From: Alphaproteobacteria bacterium
Lineage (GTDB): Bacteria; Pseudomonadota; Alphaproteobacteria; GCA-2731375
NCBI GenBank assembly: GCA_965232515.1
Contig: CBDDPY010000002.1
Coordinates: 224,001-288,000 of the forward strand
Direction of reading: 5' to 3'
DNA: 64,000 nt
Part shown: positions 9,858 to 22,238 of the stretch, in pieces
How positions within the stretch are numbered: the stretch's first letter is position 1
Layout of the letters: every line of letters starts with the position of its first letter
Made by a program: the position numbers and the translations under genes
Notes under the pieces: model-generated
Databases searched by the model: none
Told to the model about the DNA's origin: nothing
Seen by the model: the letters and a program-made list of their open reading frames with translations, nothing else

Positions 9858-11456
9858 ATGAAATCGCGACGTACGAGTTTGAAGAGCACGCTGAGCGCCC
9901 TGGCGCTTGCCGCGCCCCTGGCGCTTGTCGCCATGGGCAACGACGCCAGCGCCGAGAAGGTGCTGCGCGTGGCGCCGCATGCGGATCTCAAGAACCTCGA
10001 TCCGATCTGGACCACAGCCTACATCACCCGCAACCATGGCTATCTCGTTTACGATACCCTGATCGCGCTTGACGAGAAGCTGCAGCCGCAGCCGCAGATG
10101 CTGGAGAAGTGGGAGGTCAGCGACGACGGCCTCAAATACACCTTCACGCTGCGCGACGGCCTGCGCTGGCACGACGGCTCCCCTGTCGTGGGTGAGGACG
10201 CGGTCGCCTCGATCAAGCGCTGGGGCAAGCGCGACGGCATGGGCCAGAAGCTCATGGACTTCACCGACTCGCTGGAAGCCACGAGCGAGAAGGTCTTTGT
10301 CCTGACCCTGAAGGAGCCCTATGGCCTGGTGCTGGATTCGATCGGCAAGATCTCGTCCAACACGCCCTTCATGATGAAGAAGGAAATGGCCGAGACCGAC
10401 GCGTTCGAACAGGTGCCGGAAGTCATCGGCTCGGGCCCGTTCATCTTCGACAAGGACGCCTGGGTACCGGGCAGCAAGGTCGTCTACCGTAAGAACGAGG
10501 CCTATGTACCGCGCGACGAGCCGGCCAGCTATGCCGCCGGCGGCAAGGTCGTGAATGTCGACACCGTGGAGTGGATCTATATCCCAGATCCGGCCACGAC
10601 GATGAACGCGCTGGTCGCCGGCGAGATCGACTTCTGGGAGACGCCTGCCGTCGACCTGATCCCGTCGATGGAAGGCGACGCCAACATCGCCATCGAGGTG
10701 ATCGATCCGCTCGGCACCCAGGGCTGGCTGCGTCCGAACCATCTGAACCCGCCGTTCGATAATCCAAAGGCGCGTCAGGCACTCCTGCACATGGTCAAGC
10801 AGGCCGACTATCTCCGAGCCATTGTCGGTGACGAGAAGTTCTGGCGCGAATGCGGGGCCTATTTCATGTGCGACACGCCGCTCGATACCGCGATCGGCGC
10901 CAACCCGCTGATGAAGCAGGACTTCGAGATGGCCAAGCAGCTGCTGAAGGAAGGCGGCTACAACGGCGAAACGTTGATCCTGATGCAGCCGACCGACATT
11001 CCGGTGCTCAGCGGCGCCTCGCTGGTAACGGCGCAGCTCTTGCGGCAGATTGGCGCCAAGGTCGAGGTCCAGGCCATGGACTGGAGCACGCTGACTTCGC
11101 GCCGGGCCGAGACCAAGCCGGTTTCCGAAGGTGGCTGGAACATCTTCCACACCTACGCGACCGGCGCCGACGCGTCGTCGCCGATCGCCAATATCGGCAT
11201 CTCCGGCGGCTGCGAGGAAAAGGCCTGGTTCGGCTGGCCCTGCGATCAGATGATCGAGGACCTGCGCGATCAGTACAGCCGTGAGGCGGATCCGGCGATG
11301 CAGAAGCAGATCGTCGAGAAGCTGCAGGCTCGGCTGTTCGAGATCGTGCCCTATGTGAACTACGGCCAGTGGTTCCAGCCGATCGCCTATCGCAAGAACC
11401 TGAGCGGTGTGCTGGTCTCGCCGGTGCCGTTCTTCTGGAATATCGAGGTCAACTGA
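9858..11456 (+). CDS. ABC transporter substrate-binding protein, family 5 (Dpp/Opp-like)
   Basis: Signal peptide, LDPIWTTAYITRNHGY, FTLRDGLRWHDG; GGGGAG RBS before ATG 9858. Confidence 0.92.
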   Translation: MKSRRTSLKSTLSALALAAPLALVAMGNDASAEKVLRVAPHADLKNLDPIWTTAYITRNHGYLVYDTLIALDEKLQPQPQMLEKWEVSDDGLKYTFTLRDGLRWHDGSPVVGEDAVASIKRWGKRDGMGQKLMDFTDSLEATSEKVFVLTLKEPYGLVLDSIGKISSNTPFMMKKEMAETDAFEQVPEVIGSGPFIFDKDAWVPGSKVVYRKNEAYVPRDEPASYAAGGKVVNVDTVEWIYIPDPATTMNALVAGEIDFWETPAVDLIPSMEGDANIAIEVIDPLGTQGWLRPNHLNPPFDNPKARQALLHMVKQADYLRAIVGDEKFWRECGAYFMCDTPLDTAIGANPLMKQDFEMAKQLLKEGGYNGETLILMQPTDIPVLSGASLVTAQLLRQIGAKVEVQAMDWSTLTSRRAETKPVSEGGWNIFHTYATGADASSPIANIGISGGCEEKAWFGWPCDQMIEDLRDQYSREADPAMQKQIVEKLQARLFEIVPYVNYGQWFQPIAYRKNLSGVLVSPVPFFWNIEVN

Positions 11457-11491
11457 TCCCGCGTCGTCACCGGGACAGGACTTAGGCTTCG

Positions 11492-12433
11492 ATGTATGCC
11501 TATATCGTAAGACGCATTTTGGCCACCATCCCCGTTATGGGGGTGGTGGCTATCTTTGTCTTTTTGCTGCTGCACCTGACGCCGGGCGATCCGGCGACGG
11601 TGATCGCGGGTGACTACGCGCGGCCCGAGGATATCGAGCGTATCCGTGCGCAGCTCGGCCTGAACGACCCGCTCTATATCCAATTCGGGAAGTGGCTGTG
11701 GCGCCTGTTCCAGGGCGACATGGGCATTTCCATTTTCTCCAACCTGCCGGTTACGCATTTGATCCAGCAGCGGCTGGAGCCGACCATCATGATGGCGCTG
11801 ACGACGATCGTGATTTCGGTCGCCGTGGCCGTGCCGCTGGGCGTGCTGGCTGCCTGGAGGCAGGGCACCTGGGTCGATCGCGCGGTGATGGTATTCGCGG
11901 TCTTGGGCTTTTCGGTGCCGATCTTCGTTGTCGCCTACGCCATGATCTGGGGTTTCTCGATCCAACTGAAATGGCTGCCCGTGCAGGGTTATACGTCGAT
12001 CAGCGAAGGCCTGATCCCGTTCCTGCGCAATATCATCATGCCCGCCGTGGCGCTCGGCATGGTCTATGTGGCGTTGATCGCCCGGATCACGCGGGCGAGC
12101 GTGATGGAGGTGCTGAACGAGGACTATATCCGCACCGCCCGCGCCAAGGGCCTGGCCTCGACCACGATCCTGATCCGCCACGCCCTGAAAAATGCCGCCG
12201 TGCCGATCGTCACCGTTATCGGCATCGGCATCGCGCTGTTGATCGGCGGCGTGGTCGTCACCGAAAGCGTGTTCAACATTCCCGGCCTCGGCCGGCTGAC
12301 GGTAGACGCTATCCTGCGACGCGACTATCCGATCATCCAGGGGCTGATTTTGATATTTTCCGGCGTCTACGTGCTGGTCAATCTGCTGATCGACATCTCG
12401 TACACGTTTCTTGATCCGCGCATCCGGTACTGA
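11492..12433 (+). CDS. Dpp/Opp-type ABC permease (DppB-like)
   Basis: PGDPA, EAA loop DYIRTARAKGL, DPRIRY. Confidence 0.93.
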   Translation: MYAYIVRRILATIPVMGVVAIFVFLLLHLTPGDPATVIAGDYARPEDIERIRAQLGLNDPLYIQFGKWLWRLFQGDMGISIFSNLPVTHLIQQRLEPTIMMALTTIVISVAVAVPLGVLAAWRQGTWVDRAVMVFAVLGFSVPIFVVAYAMIWGFSIQLKWLPVQGYTSISEGLIPFLRNIIMPAVALGMVYVALIARITRASVMEVLNEDYIRTARAKGLASTTILIRHALKNAAVPIVTVIGIGIALLIGGVVVTESVFNIPGLGRLTVDAILRRDYPIIQGLILIFSGVYVLVNLLIDISYTFLDPRIRY

Positions 12434-12451
12434 GGCGAAGAGGGGTCACGT

Positions 12452-13330
12452 ATGGTCGCCACACCGAGCGATGTTCCGCTCAGCGATGACAAGACGGCAT
12501 CGCAACGCGCCTGGGACTATACCCGCCGCCATCCGACGGTGGTGATTGGCCTCGGGCTGTTGCTGATGATGGTCGTCGTCACGCTGCTGGCGCCCGTGAT
12601 CGCGGCGGATCCGCTGTTCATGAATCCGATCGACCGCCTGCGGGCGCCGCAGGACGGCATGCTCTTCGGCACCGACATGTACGGCCGTGACATCTTCAGC
12701 CGTACGATCTACGGCTCCCGCATCTCGCTCACCGTCGGCATCAGCGTCGCGCTGCTCAGCACGGTCGTCGGCCTCGCGATCGGTCTGATCGCCGGCTACA
12801 ACAGGCCGTTCGACGCCATCGTCATGCGGATCATGGACGGCATCATGGCGATCCCCGCGATCCTGCTGGCAATCGCACTCGTCTCGCTCGCCGGCGCCAG
12901 CATCCAGAACGTCATCATCGCCATCTCGATCCCCGAGATCCCGCGGGTCGTGCGGCTGGTGCGCAGCGTTGTGCTGACCATTCGCGAGCAGCCCTATGTC
13001 GAGGCCGCGATCTCCGTCGGCACCAATTTCTGGAAGGTCCTCTGGCGGCACATCCTGCCGAACACCACCGCGCCGCTGATCGTGCAGGCCACCTATGTCT
13101 GCGCGTCGGCGATGATTCTGGAGGCGATCCTCAGCTTCCTCGGCGCCGGCACGCCGCCCGAGATCCCGACCTGGGGCAACATCATCGCCGAGGGCCGGGT
13201 CTACTTCCAGCGCGCGCCCTGGATCATCTTCTTCCCCGGCCTGTTCTTGGCGATCACCGTCCTGGCCGTCAACATTCTGGGCGACGGCCTGCGGGATAAT
13301 CTCGACCCGCGCGTCGCCAGGCGGATGTAG
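12452..13330 (+). CDS. Dpp/Opp-type ABC permease (DppC-like)
   Basis: FGTDMYGRDIFSR, YVEAA, HILPN, GDGLRD. Confidence 0.93.
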   Translation: MVATPSDVPLSDDKTASQRAWDYTRRHPTVVIGLGLLLMMVVVTLLAPVIAADPLFMNPIDRLRAPQDGMLFGTDMYGRDIFSRTIYGSRISLTVGISVALLSTVVGLAIGLIAGYNRPFDAIVMRIMDGIMAIPAILLAIALVSLAGASIQNVIIAISIPEIPRVVRLVRSVVLTIREQPYVEAAISVGTNFWKVLWRHILPNTTAPLIVQATYVCASAMILEAILSFLGAGTPPEIPTWGNIIAEGRVYFQRAPWIIFFPGLFLAITVLAVNILGDGLRDNLDPRVARRM

Positions 13331-13333
13331 GCC

Positions 13334-14381
<1,048 letters not shown>

Positions 14382-14389
<8 letters not shown>

Positions 14390-15446
14390 CATTGAGACAC
14401 GAACGCAGGACATGACCAAAGGCGAGGTCGTCCTCGAGGTCAAGGATCTGAAGAAGCATTTTCCGATCCACCGCGGCATCATTTCGCGCATCGCCGGCTA
14501 TGTCTTCGCCGTCGACGGCGTGTCGTTCAATATCCACAAGGGCGAGACGCTCGGGCTCGTCGGCGAGAGCGGTTGCGGCAAGTCGACCGTTGGCAAGACC
14601 GTGCTGCGCCTGCTGGAGCCGACCGACGGTGAGATCCGCCTGCGCGGTCAGGACGTCACCCATCTGACGGGCGAGGAGCTGCGCACGAAGCGGCGCGAGA
14701 TGCAGATGGTCTTCCAGGATCCATATTCGTCGCTGAATCCGCGCATGTCGTCCGGCGACATCGTCGGCGAGCCGATGGAGAACTATGGCCTCGCGACCGG
14801 CAAGGAAAAAGAGGAACGCGTCGCCGCCCTGTTCGAGCGCGTCGGTCTGCGCCGCGAGAACATGCTGAAGTATCCGCACGAGTTCTCCGGCGGCCAGCGG
14901 CAACGGCTCGGCATCGCGCGGGCGCTGGCCTTGAACCCGTCGTTGATCATCGCCGACGAGGCGGTCTCGGCGCTCGACGTCTCGGTCAAGGCCCAGGTCA
15001 TCAATCTGATGATGGACCTGCAACAGGAATTCGATCTCGGCTATCTCTTCATCTCGCACGACATCGCGGTGATCGAGCACATAAGCCACCGGGTCGCCGT
15101 CATGTATCTCGGCAAGATCGTCGAGGTAACCGACAAGGACACGATCTTCCGCACGCCGCTGCATCCCTATACGGAAGCGCTGCTGTCGGCCGTGCCGATC
15201 CCCGATCCGCAGATCAAGCGCGACCGCATCATCCTGCGCGGCGACGTGCCGAGCCCGATCAATCCGCCGAGCGGCTGTCATTTCCACACCCGCTGTCCCT
15301 ATGCAATCGACCGCTGCCGCGTCGAGGTGCCGCCCTTGACCGAGGTCGCCCCCGGCCACCACGTCGCCTGCCACCTGCGCGAGGTCGGCGCGGGCCCGGT
15401 GAAGCTAACGCCGACAAAGATCGATACGCCAGTCGCGGCTGAGTAG
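14382..15446 (+). CDS. Dpp/Opp-type ABC ATPase (DppF-like)
   Basis: [25 protein letters not shown]. Confidence 0.94.
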
Positions 15447-15501
15447 GGTTGCCGAAAGGGGAAGCGGCAGCGGAAAGCTAGCTGGCCTCGCCTCTTGTGC
15501 G

Positions 15502-15573
15502 CGTCATACCGGCGCAGGCCGGTATCAATGACTTCGGCCGTGCCGATGGACTCTGGCCTGCGCCAGAGTGACG
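15502..15573. repeat. REP-like inverted doublet of hairpins (CGTCA...TGACG type)
   Basis: CGTCA-TACCGGC-GCAG-GCCGGTA-TCAAT and, inverted, CGTCA-CTCTGGC-GCAG-GCCAGAG-TCCAT, between convergent genes. Confidence 0.75.
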
Positions 15574-15595
15574 AGATGGGCGGTCTTGGCTTGCC

Positions 15596-16540
15596 TCACC
15601 CCTGCGGCGGCGGCTCGGCGCCCTTGCGTTCGACGATCAGGCCGTAGTGTTGCGGCTCTCGGTGCATGGCGAAGTTGAACACCGTCTCCTTGTAGGACTT
15701 GCAGAGATCGAGGTCGCAGTCGGCGACGGCCAGCTCGTCGCCGAGCGTGTGGCACTGCGCGACGATCTCGCCCGACGGTGCGATGATGGCGCTCTGGCCG
15801 ATCATCGGCACACCTTCCTCGTTGCCGCACTTGGCGACGCCGACCACCCAGGTGGCGTTCTGATAGGCGCCAGACTGCATCACCAGATGATTGTGGAACG
15901 GGCCGACGGCGTCATGCTCGGGCGCCGGCGGGTTCTCGACCGGCGTGTTGTAGCCGAGCGTGATCATCTCCACCCCCTGCAGGCCCATCACGCGATATGT
16001 CTCGGGCCAGCGCCGGTCGTTGCAGATGCACATGCCCATGATGCCGCCGAAGGCGCGGAACACCGGGAAGCCCAGATCGCCGGTCTCGAAATAGCGCTTC
16101 TCCAGATGCTGGAAGCGCCGCCAGGGCTCGTGCTCGGCGTGGCCGGGCAGGTGCACCTTGCGGTACTTGCCGACGATACGGCCGTCCTTCTCGACCAGGA
16201 TTGACGTGTTGAAATGATGCTTCTTGCCGTCGTCGTCATGCGCGATCTCGGCATAGCCGAAGCTGAAACCGATGCCGTATTCGGCCGCCTTCTGGAACAG
16301 CGGCTGGGTCTCGTTCGATGGCATCTCCTGCTCGAACCACTGATCGAGCTCGGTCTCGTCCTCGATGAACCAGCGCGGAAAAAACGTCGTCAGCGTCAGC
16401 TCCGGATAGACCACGAAATCGCAGCCACGCCGGTGCGCGCTGTCCATGAGGGCGATCATGCGGTCGACCACCTGGCTGCGGCTTTCGTCCTTGGCGATCG
16501 GCCCCATCTGCGCGGCGCCGACGGTGATCACTCGGGTCAT
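15596..16540 (-). CDS. N-carbamoyl-D-amino acid amidohydrolase (D-carbamoylase, nitrilase fold)
   Basis: PELTLTTFFPRW, YRKVHLPGH, ICNDRRWPE (Glu-Lys-Cys triad), GAYQN. Confidence 0.93.
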   Translation of the reverse strand: MTRVITVGAAQMGPIAKDESRSQVVDRMIALMDSAHRRGCDFVVYPELTLTTFFPRWFIEDETELDQWFEQEMPSNETQPLFQKAAEYGIGFSFGYAEIAHDDDGKKHHFNTSILVEKDGRIVGKYRKVHLPGHAEHEPWRRFQHLEKRYFETGDLGFPVFRAFGGIMGMCICNDRRWPETYRVMGLQGVEMITLGYNTPVENPPAPEHDAVGPFHNHLVMQSGAYQNATWVVGVAKCGNEEGVPMIGQSAIIAPSGEIVAQCHTLGDELAVADCDLDLCKSYKETVFNFAMHREPQHYGLIVERKGAEPPPQG

Positions 16541-16563
16541 GACAGGCTCCTTTCGATGGCTTC

Positions 16564-17799
16564 TTATGCGTGTGCGAGCTTCAACATGGTCTGCAGTAGA
16601 ACATTGGCGCCGGCGGCTAGGTCACTTGGTTCGGTGTGCTCCGCCGGATTGTGGCTGATGCCGCCGACGCTGGGCGTGAAGATCATCGCCGTCGGACAGA
16701 GCCGGGCCATCATCTGGGCGTCGTGCCCGGCGCCCGAGGTCATCCGTCGGGTTGAGTGTCCGAGGGCTCGCGCGACGTCTGTGATGGTGTCGGCGATGCC
16801 GGCGTCGAACGTCACCGGCTCGAACCGGGCAAGCGAACGGGTGGAGATGGCGACCCCCTCGCGTTCGGCGAGCTCATTCAGGAATTCGGCGAAACGCCGT
16901 TCCGCTTCCTGAAGCTTCGCTTCGTCCGTATTGCGTAGATCGACCGTCACCGTGGCCGACGCGGCGATCACGTTGATCAGGTTCGGATGCAGGTCGATGG
17001 CGCCAACCGTTCCGACCTGATCGCCGCCCATTCCGGCCGCCAGCTCGCGCACGAACTGGCCAATCGCCGCGGCGCAATAGCCGGCATCGTGGCGCAGCCG
17101 CATGGGCGTGGTACCGGCATGGTTCGACTCGCCCTCGATCCGCACCTCCTGCCAGGAAATGCCCTGCAGGTTCTCGACCGCGCCGATGGTGATGCCCTCG
17201 GCCTCCAGGATCGGCCCCTGCTCGATATGCAATTCGACGAAGGCATGCGGCCGGACGTGGCCGGGCGCCAGATCGCCGGCATAGCCGATGCGCCTGAGCT
17301 CGTCGCCAACCGTGGCGCCGTCGATGCCCGTGGTCGCCAGCGCCGTGTCCAGATCGAGCCCGCCGGCATAGACCAGCGAGCCCATCATGTCGGGCGCGAA
17401 GCGGGCGCCTTCCTCATTCGTGAACACGGCGACGGCGATCGGCCGCTCGGTCTCGATGCCGGCCGCGTTCAGTACTTCGACGACCTCCAGGCCGGCCAAC
17501 ACGCCGAGATTGCCGTCGTAACGGCCGCCCGTGCGCACGGTGTCGATATGCGAGCCCGTCATCACCGGCGTTGCGCCGTTTTTGCCGGCGCGCAAACCGA
17601 CAATGTTGCCGATAGCGTCGATGCTCACATCGAGGCCCAGCTCCCGCATCCAGCCGACGACCAGATCGCGCCCACGCTTGTCGTCATCGCTCAGGGCCAG
17701 CCGGCAACAGCCGCCGCCGTCGATGGCGCCAATCTCGGCCAGACGATCAAGACGGCCGAGCAGCCGGTCGATATCGATGGCGAGGTTGTGGCCGGGCAT
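16564..17799 (-). CDS. M20 Zn amidohydrolase (L-carbamoylase / beta-ureidopropionase / allantoate amidohydrolase family)
   Basis: GSHIDT, GRYDGNLG, NEEGARF, ELHIEQG, NHAGTTPM, SGAGHDA. Confidence 0.92.
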   Translation of the reverse strand: MPGHNLAIDIDRLLGRLDRLAEIGAIDGGGCCRLALSDDDKRGRDLVVGWMRELGLDVSIDAIGNIVGLRAGKNGATPVMTGSHIDTVRTGGRYDGNLGVLAGLEVVEVLNAAGIETERPIAVAVFTNEEGARFAPDMMGSLVYAGGLDLDTALATTGIDGATVGDELRRIGYAGDLAPGHVRPHAFVELHIEQGPILEAEGITIGAVENLQGISWQEVRIEGESNHAGTTPMRLRHDAGYCAAAIGQFVRELAAGMGGDQVGTVGAIDLHPNLINVIAASATVTVDLRNTDEAKLQEAERRFAEFLNELAEREGVAISTRSLARFEPVTFDAGIADTITDVARALGHSTRRMTSGAGHDAQMMARLCPTAMIFTPSVGGISHNPAEHTEPSDLAAGANVLLQTMLKLAHA

Positions 17800-18974
17800 C
17801 AGGCCGCCCGCACCGCATCGGCCGGGCGGCCGACGATTTCCCGGTAAAGCTCGGGATCGGTGTCGGCCTCGCTACCGAACAGAAGCACGACCGAGTTGGC
17901 GTCGACCCCGATCTCTTGCGGCGCCGCCAGCAGCCCGGCGAGGCCGGCGACCGCCGACTCGCCGGCGACGACCGCCGGATCGCCGTCTGCCAGCAGCCGC
18001 ATGCAGTCGATCGCCGCGCTGTCCGGCACGGTCATGAAGGCATCGGTGCCGGTCGCCAAGATCTCCCAGGCCAGCGGCGAGACCTCGCCGCACGACAGGC
18101 CTGCCATCATGGTTTCGAGATCGCCGGACGCCGGCGTCAGCTGGCCGGCTCGGGCGCTTTGGTAGAGACAATCGGCCCGTTCCGGCTCGACGACGATGAA
18201 TTTCGGCCGCGACGCGCCCCAGCGTTGCCACGAGTCGGAGCAGATGGCGGCCGCCATGCCGCCGACGCCGCCCTGCACCAGGACATGCGTCGGCACGACG
18301 CCGTCGGGCAGCTGTTCCGCCGCTTCCGCCGCCATCACGGTATAGCCCTGCATGACGTCGCGGGGCACGTCCATGTAGCCGGGATAGGACGTGTCGGAGA
18401 CCACAAACCAGCCGTTCGCGGCGGCCATCTCGGCGGCGTGCCGGACTGAATCGTCGTAGGTGCCGTCAACCCGCTCGACCTCGGCGCCGTAGTGGGCGAT
18501 GGCCGCGCGCCGGCCCTCGCTGACATGGGCGTGGATGTAGATCACGCAGCGACAGCCGAAGGTCTGCGCGCCCCAGGCGACCGAGCGACCGTGGTTGCCG
18601 TCCGTCGCGCAAGTGACGGTGATGCCGGCCACGATCTCGCGATAGGCGCCGCCGGCAATGTCCCGCGAGGTGACGCCCGTGTCGCCGGTCCGACGTTCGA
18701 TCTCGGTCTTCAGCAGGCGGAACACGGCATAGGCGCCGCCCAGGGCCTTGAAGCTCTTCAGGCCGAAGCGGCCGCCTTCGTCCTTGTAGAACAACCGCCC
18801 CACGCCTGCCCGCCGGGCCAGCCCCGGCAGCTCGACCAATGGCGTCGGCGCATAGCCGTCCCACGAGCCGATCTCGGCGCGCGCGGCGGCAAGGCCTGCG
18901 TCATTCAGAACAGCCTGTTGGGCCGGCCCATAGACGTTGTCCGGCCCGGCCTTCGGATTCGCGAAATACTGCAT
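17799..18974 (-). CDS. dpaL: Diaminopropionate ammonia-lyase
   Basis: KDEGGRFGLKSFKALGG (PLP Lys), ATDGNHGRSVAWGA, SDTSY, QGGVGG, MAGLSCG. Confidence 0.88.
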   Translation of the reverse strand: MQYFANPKAGPDNVYGPAQQAVLNDAGLAAARAEIGSWDGYAPTPLVELPGLARRAGVGRLFYKDEGGRFGLKSFKALGGAYAVFRLLKTEIERRTGDTGVTSRDIAGGAYREIVAGITVTCATDGNHGRSVAWGAQTFGCRCVIYIHAHVSEGRRAAIAHYGAEVERVDGTYDDSVRHAAEMAAANGWFVVSDTSYPGYMDVPRDVMQGYTVMAAEAAEQLPDGVVPTHVLVQGGVGGMAAAICSDSWQRWGASRPKFIVVEPERADCLYQSARAGQLTPASGDLETMMAGLSCGEVSPLAWEILATGTDAFMTVPDSAAIDCMRLLADGDPAVVAGESAVAGLAGLLAAPQEIGVDANSVVLLFGSEADTDPELYREIVGRPADAVRAA

Positions 18975-19051
18975 CGACCCGTCCCAATTCCACGGGCCAA
19001 CTATACGGCCTTGCGCGTGGCAACCGAAGCGGATCGGGGAAGGGGCCCAAG

Positions 19052-19085
19052 AAAAACCGCCCGCCGGATGGCTCCGACGGGCGGT
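19052..19085 (-). terminator. Intrinsic terminator after aceA and the small ORF
   Basis: ACCGCCCG...CGGGCGGT stem followed by a U-run on the minus strand (AAAAA on plus). Confidence 0.7.
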
Positions 19086-19113
19086 CGCTTGATGGCGTCA
19101 ATTGGTGTTCGTG

Positions 19114-19308
19114 TTAGCGCGCCGTTTCTTCGGCGATGGTGAAGCGCGCGTGGCAGTTGCTGCGGGTTTCGTCCGCCATCCGTTGCCAGACCTGCAGCGC
19201 GCGCTGCCGGTCGCCGAACGGTCCCATCACCCGTTCCGTGCCCTCAACCATGCGGTCGAATGCGGTGTCGGTGTATTCGCCCCCGATGACCCAATACTTG
19301 CTACGCAT
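19114..19308 (-). CDS. Small DUF4170-like protein
   Basis: YWVIGGEYTDT..F...GPF.....A...W pattern; GGAG RBS; directly downstream of aceA. Confidence 0.75.
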   Translation of the reverse strand: MRSKYWVIGGEYTDTAFDRMVEGTERVMGPFGDRQRALQVWQRMADETRSNCHARFTIAEETAR

Positions 19309-19333
19309 CTCGTGGTCTCCTTCGTCTGAACTG

Positions 19334-20644
<1,311 letters not shown>

Positions 20645-20690
20645 GGCCTTCATACGCCTCCAGAAAGCGGGTAAATCTGGAATGACCATA

Positions 20691-20789
20691 TTTGACGATT
20701 TCGCAATCTGTCTATAACCTATTGAAAGTAAAAAGGTCATAGAGTAACGATTGAGAAAAATCGAACTGTGAAGTTGTAAATATTGTAAA
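20691..20789. promoter_or_regulatory. AT-rich divergent promoter region with TTGTAAA-N2-TTGTAAA direct repeat, candidate ScfR/RamB operator
   Basis: TTGTAAA at 20774-20780 and 20783-20789, TTTGACGATTTCGCAA at 20691-20706; resembles TTTGCAAA-type ScfR-family sites. Confidence 0.45.
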
Positions 20790-20804
20790 AATCGGAGTTC
20801 GAAA

Positions 20805-22238
20805 ATGGCGGAAAAGAAGGCGCTTCTGGGCCACAAGGTGCGCCGGTTTCGTCAGGACCAGGGCTTGAACCAGACCGAGATGGCCGAGCAGATGGGCATC
20901 TCGCCGAGCTATCTGAACCTGATCGAGCACAATCAACGGCCGGTCACTGTTCCACTTTTGTTCCGTCTGTCGCAGGCCTTCGAAGTCGATCTCCGCGATT
21001 TCGCCGAGGACGAGGAGGCGCGTCTCGCCGCCGGCCTCAAGGAAGTCTTCAGCGACCCGTTGTTCGAGGGCCAGAATCCGGGTCAGCACGAGATCCGCGA
21101 GTTGGCCGCGGCCAGTCCCGCCGCCGCGCAGGCCGTATTGGCCCTTTACGATGCGTATCGCGGCTTGTGGGAAGACGCCCAGGCGGTCGCCCATCGCATG
21201 ACGGATCGCGACAAGGTGGGGCCATTGGAGGCGCCGGGCTCGCCGGTCGAGGACGTGCGCGAGTTCCAACAAGCCCGATCCAATCATTTCCCCGAGCTCG
21301 AGAGCGCGGCCGAGATGCTGTGGGAGGATGCCGGCCTCGACGGCGACGATCTGATGCGTGGCTTGGCCGCGCATCTGGCCGACACGCACTCGGTCTCGGT
21401 CAAGGTCATGCCGGTCGACGTCATGGCCGACACGATGCGCCGCTACGATCATCACCGCCGGCGGATCATGCTGTCCGAAACGCTGCCGCCCTCGGGCCGC
21501 GTATTCCAGCTCGCCGCCCAGATCGCGCTCATGGGCCAGCGTGAACTGCTCGACGGTATCGTCGCCAAATCAGAGCTTCAGGGCGACGCCCAGCGGCTGC
21601 TGCGGGTCGGCCTCGCCAGCTATTTCGCCGGCGCGGTGATGATGCCCTACGAGCGCTTCCTCGCCGCCGCGCGCGAGCATCGCTACGACCTCGACCTGCT
21701 GCAGCATCGCTTCGGCGCCAGCTTCGAGCAGGTCTGCCACCGACTCAGCACGCTGCAACGCTCCGGCGCGCGCGGCGTGCCGTTCTTCTTCATCCGGGTC
21801 GATAATGCCGGCAACGTCTCGAAACGTTTGAGCGGCGGCGGCTTCAACTTCGCCCGCTTCGGCGGCACCTGTCCGCGCTGGATCGTGCACGACGCCTTCC
21901 GGCTGCCGGGCGTGATCCACACCCAGGTCGCCGAGATGCCGGACGGCACCAGCTTCTTCACCATCGCCCGCACCGTCGATCCGCTGGGCGGCTGGCGGCG
22001 CGAGCATCAGCCGCAATTCGCCATCGCGCTGGGCTGTGAGATCAAGGAAGCGCGGCATCTCGTCTATGCCGACGGCCTGAACCTCAAGAACAGCGAGCTG
22101 GCGACGCCGATCGGCGTCAGCTGCCGGGTCTGCGAGCGTCTGGATTGCAGCCAGCGCGCCCATCCGCCGCTGAACCATCGGCTGCGCATCGACGAAAACA
22201 TTCGCCGCGCCACGCCCTTCACCTTCGCGCCGAATTAG
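20805..22238 (+). CDS. Short-chain fatty acyl-CoA regulator (ScfR; RamB/PccR-like XRE regulator)
   Basis: [36 protein letters not shown]-terminal [13 protein letters not shown]; divergent from aceA. Confidence 0.92.
   Translation: MAEKKALLGHKVRRFRQDQGLNQTEMAEQMGISPSYLNLIEHNQRPVTVPLLFRLSQAFEVDLRDFAEDEEARLAAGLKEVFSDPLFEGQNPGQHEIRELAAASPAAAQAVLALYDAYRGLWEDAQAVAHRMTDRDKVGPLEAPGSPVEDVREFQQARSNHFPELESAAEMLWEDAGLDGDDLMRGLAAHLADTHSVSVKVMPVDVMADTMRRYDHHRRRIMLSETLPPSGRVFQLAAQIALMGQRELLDGIVAKSELQGDAQRLLRVGLASYFAGAVMMPYERFLAAAREHRYDLDLLQHRFGASFEQVCHRLSTLQRSGARGVPFFFIRVDNAGNVSKRLSGGGFNFARFGGTCPRWIVHDAFRLPGVIHTQVAEMPDGTSFFTIARTVDPLGGWRREHQPQFAIALGCEIKEARHLVYADGLNLKNSELATPIGVSCRVCERLDCSQRAHPPLNHRLRIDENIRRATPFTFAPN

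Noticed and set aside
20654-20836. N-terminal extension of aceA in the ORF track
   Set aside because: It spans the AT-rich divergent promoter; a GGAGG RBS at 20657-20661 supports a start at 20644 or 20653.
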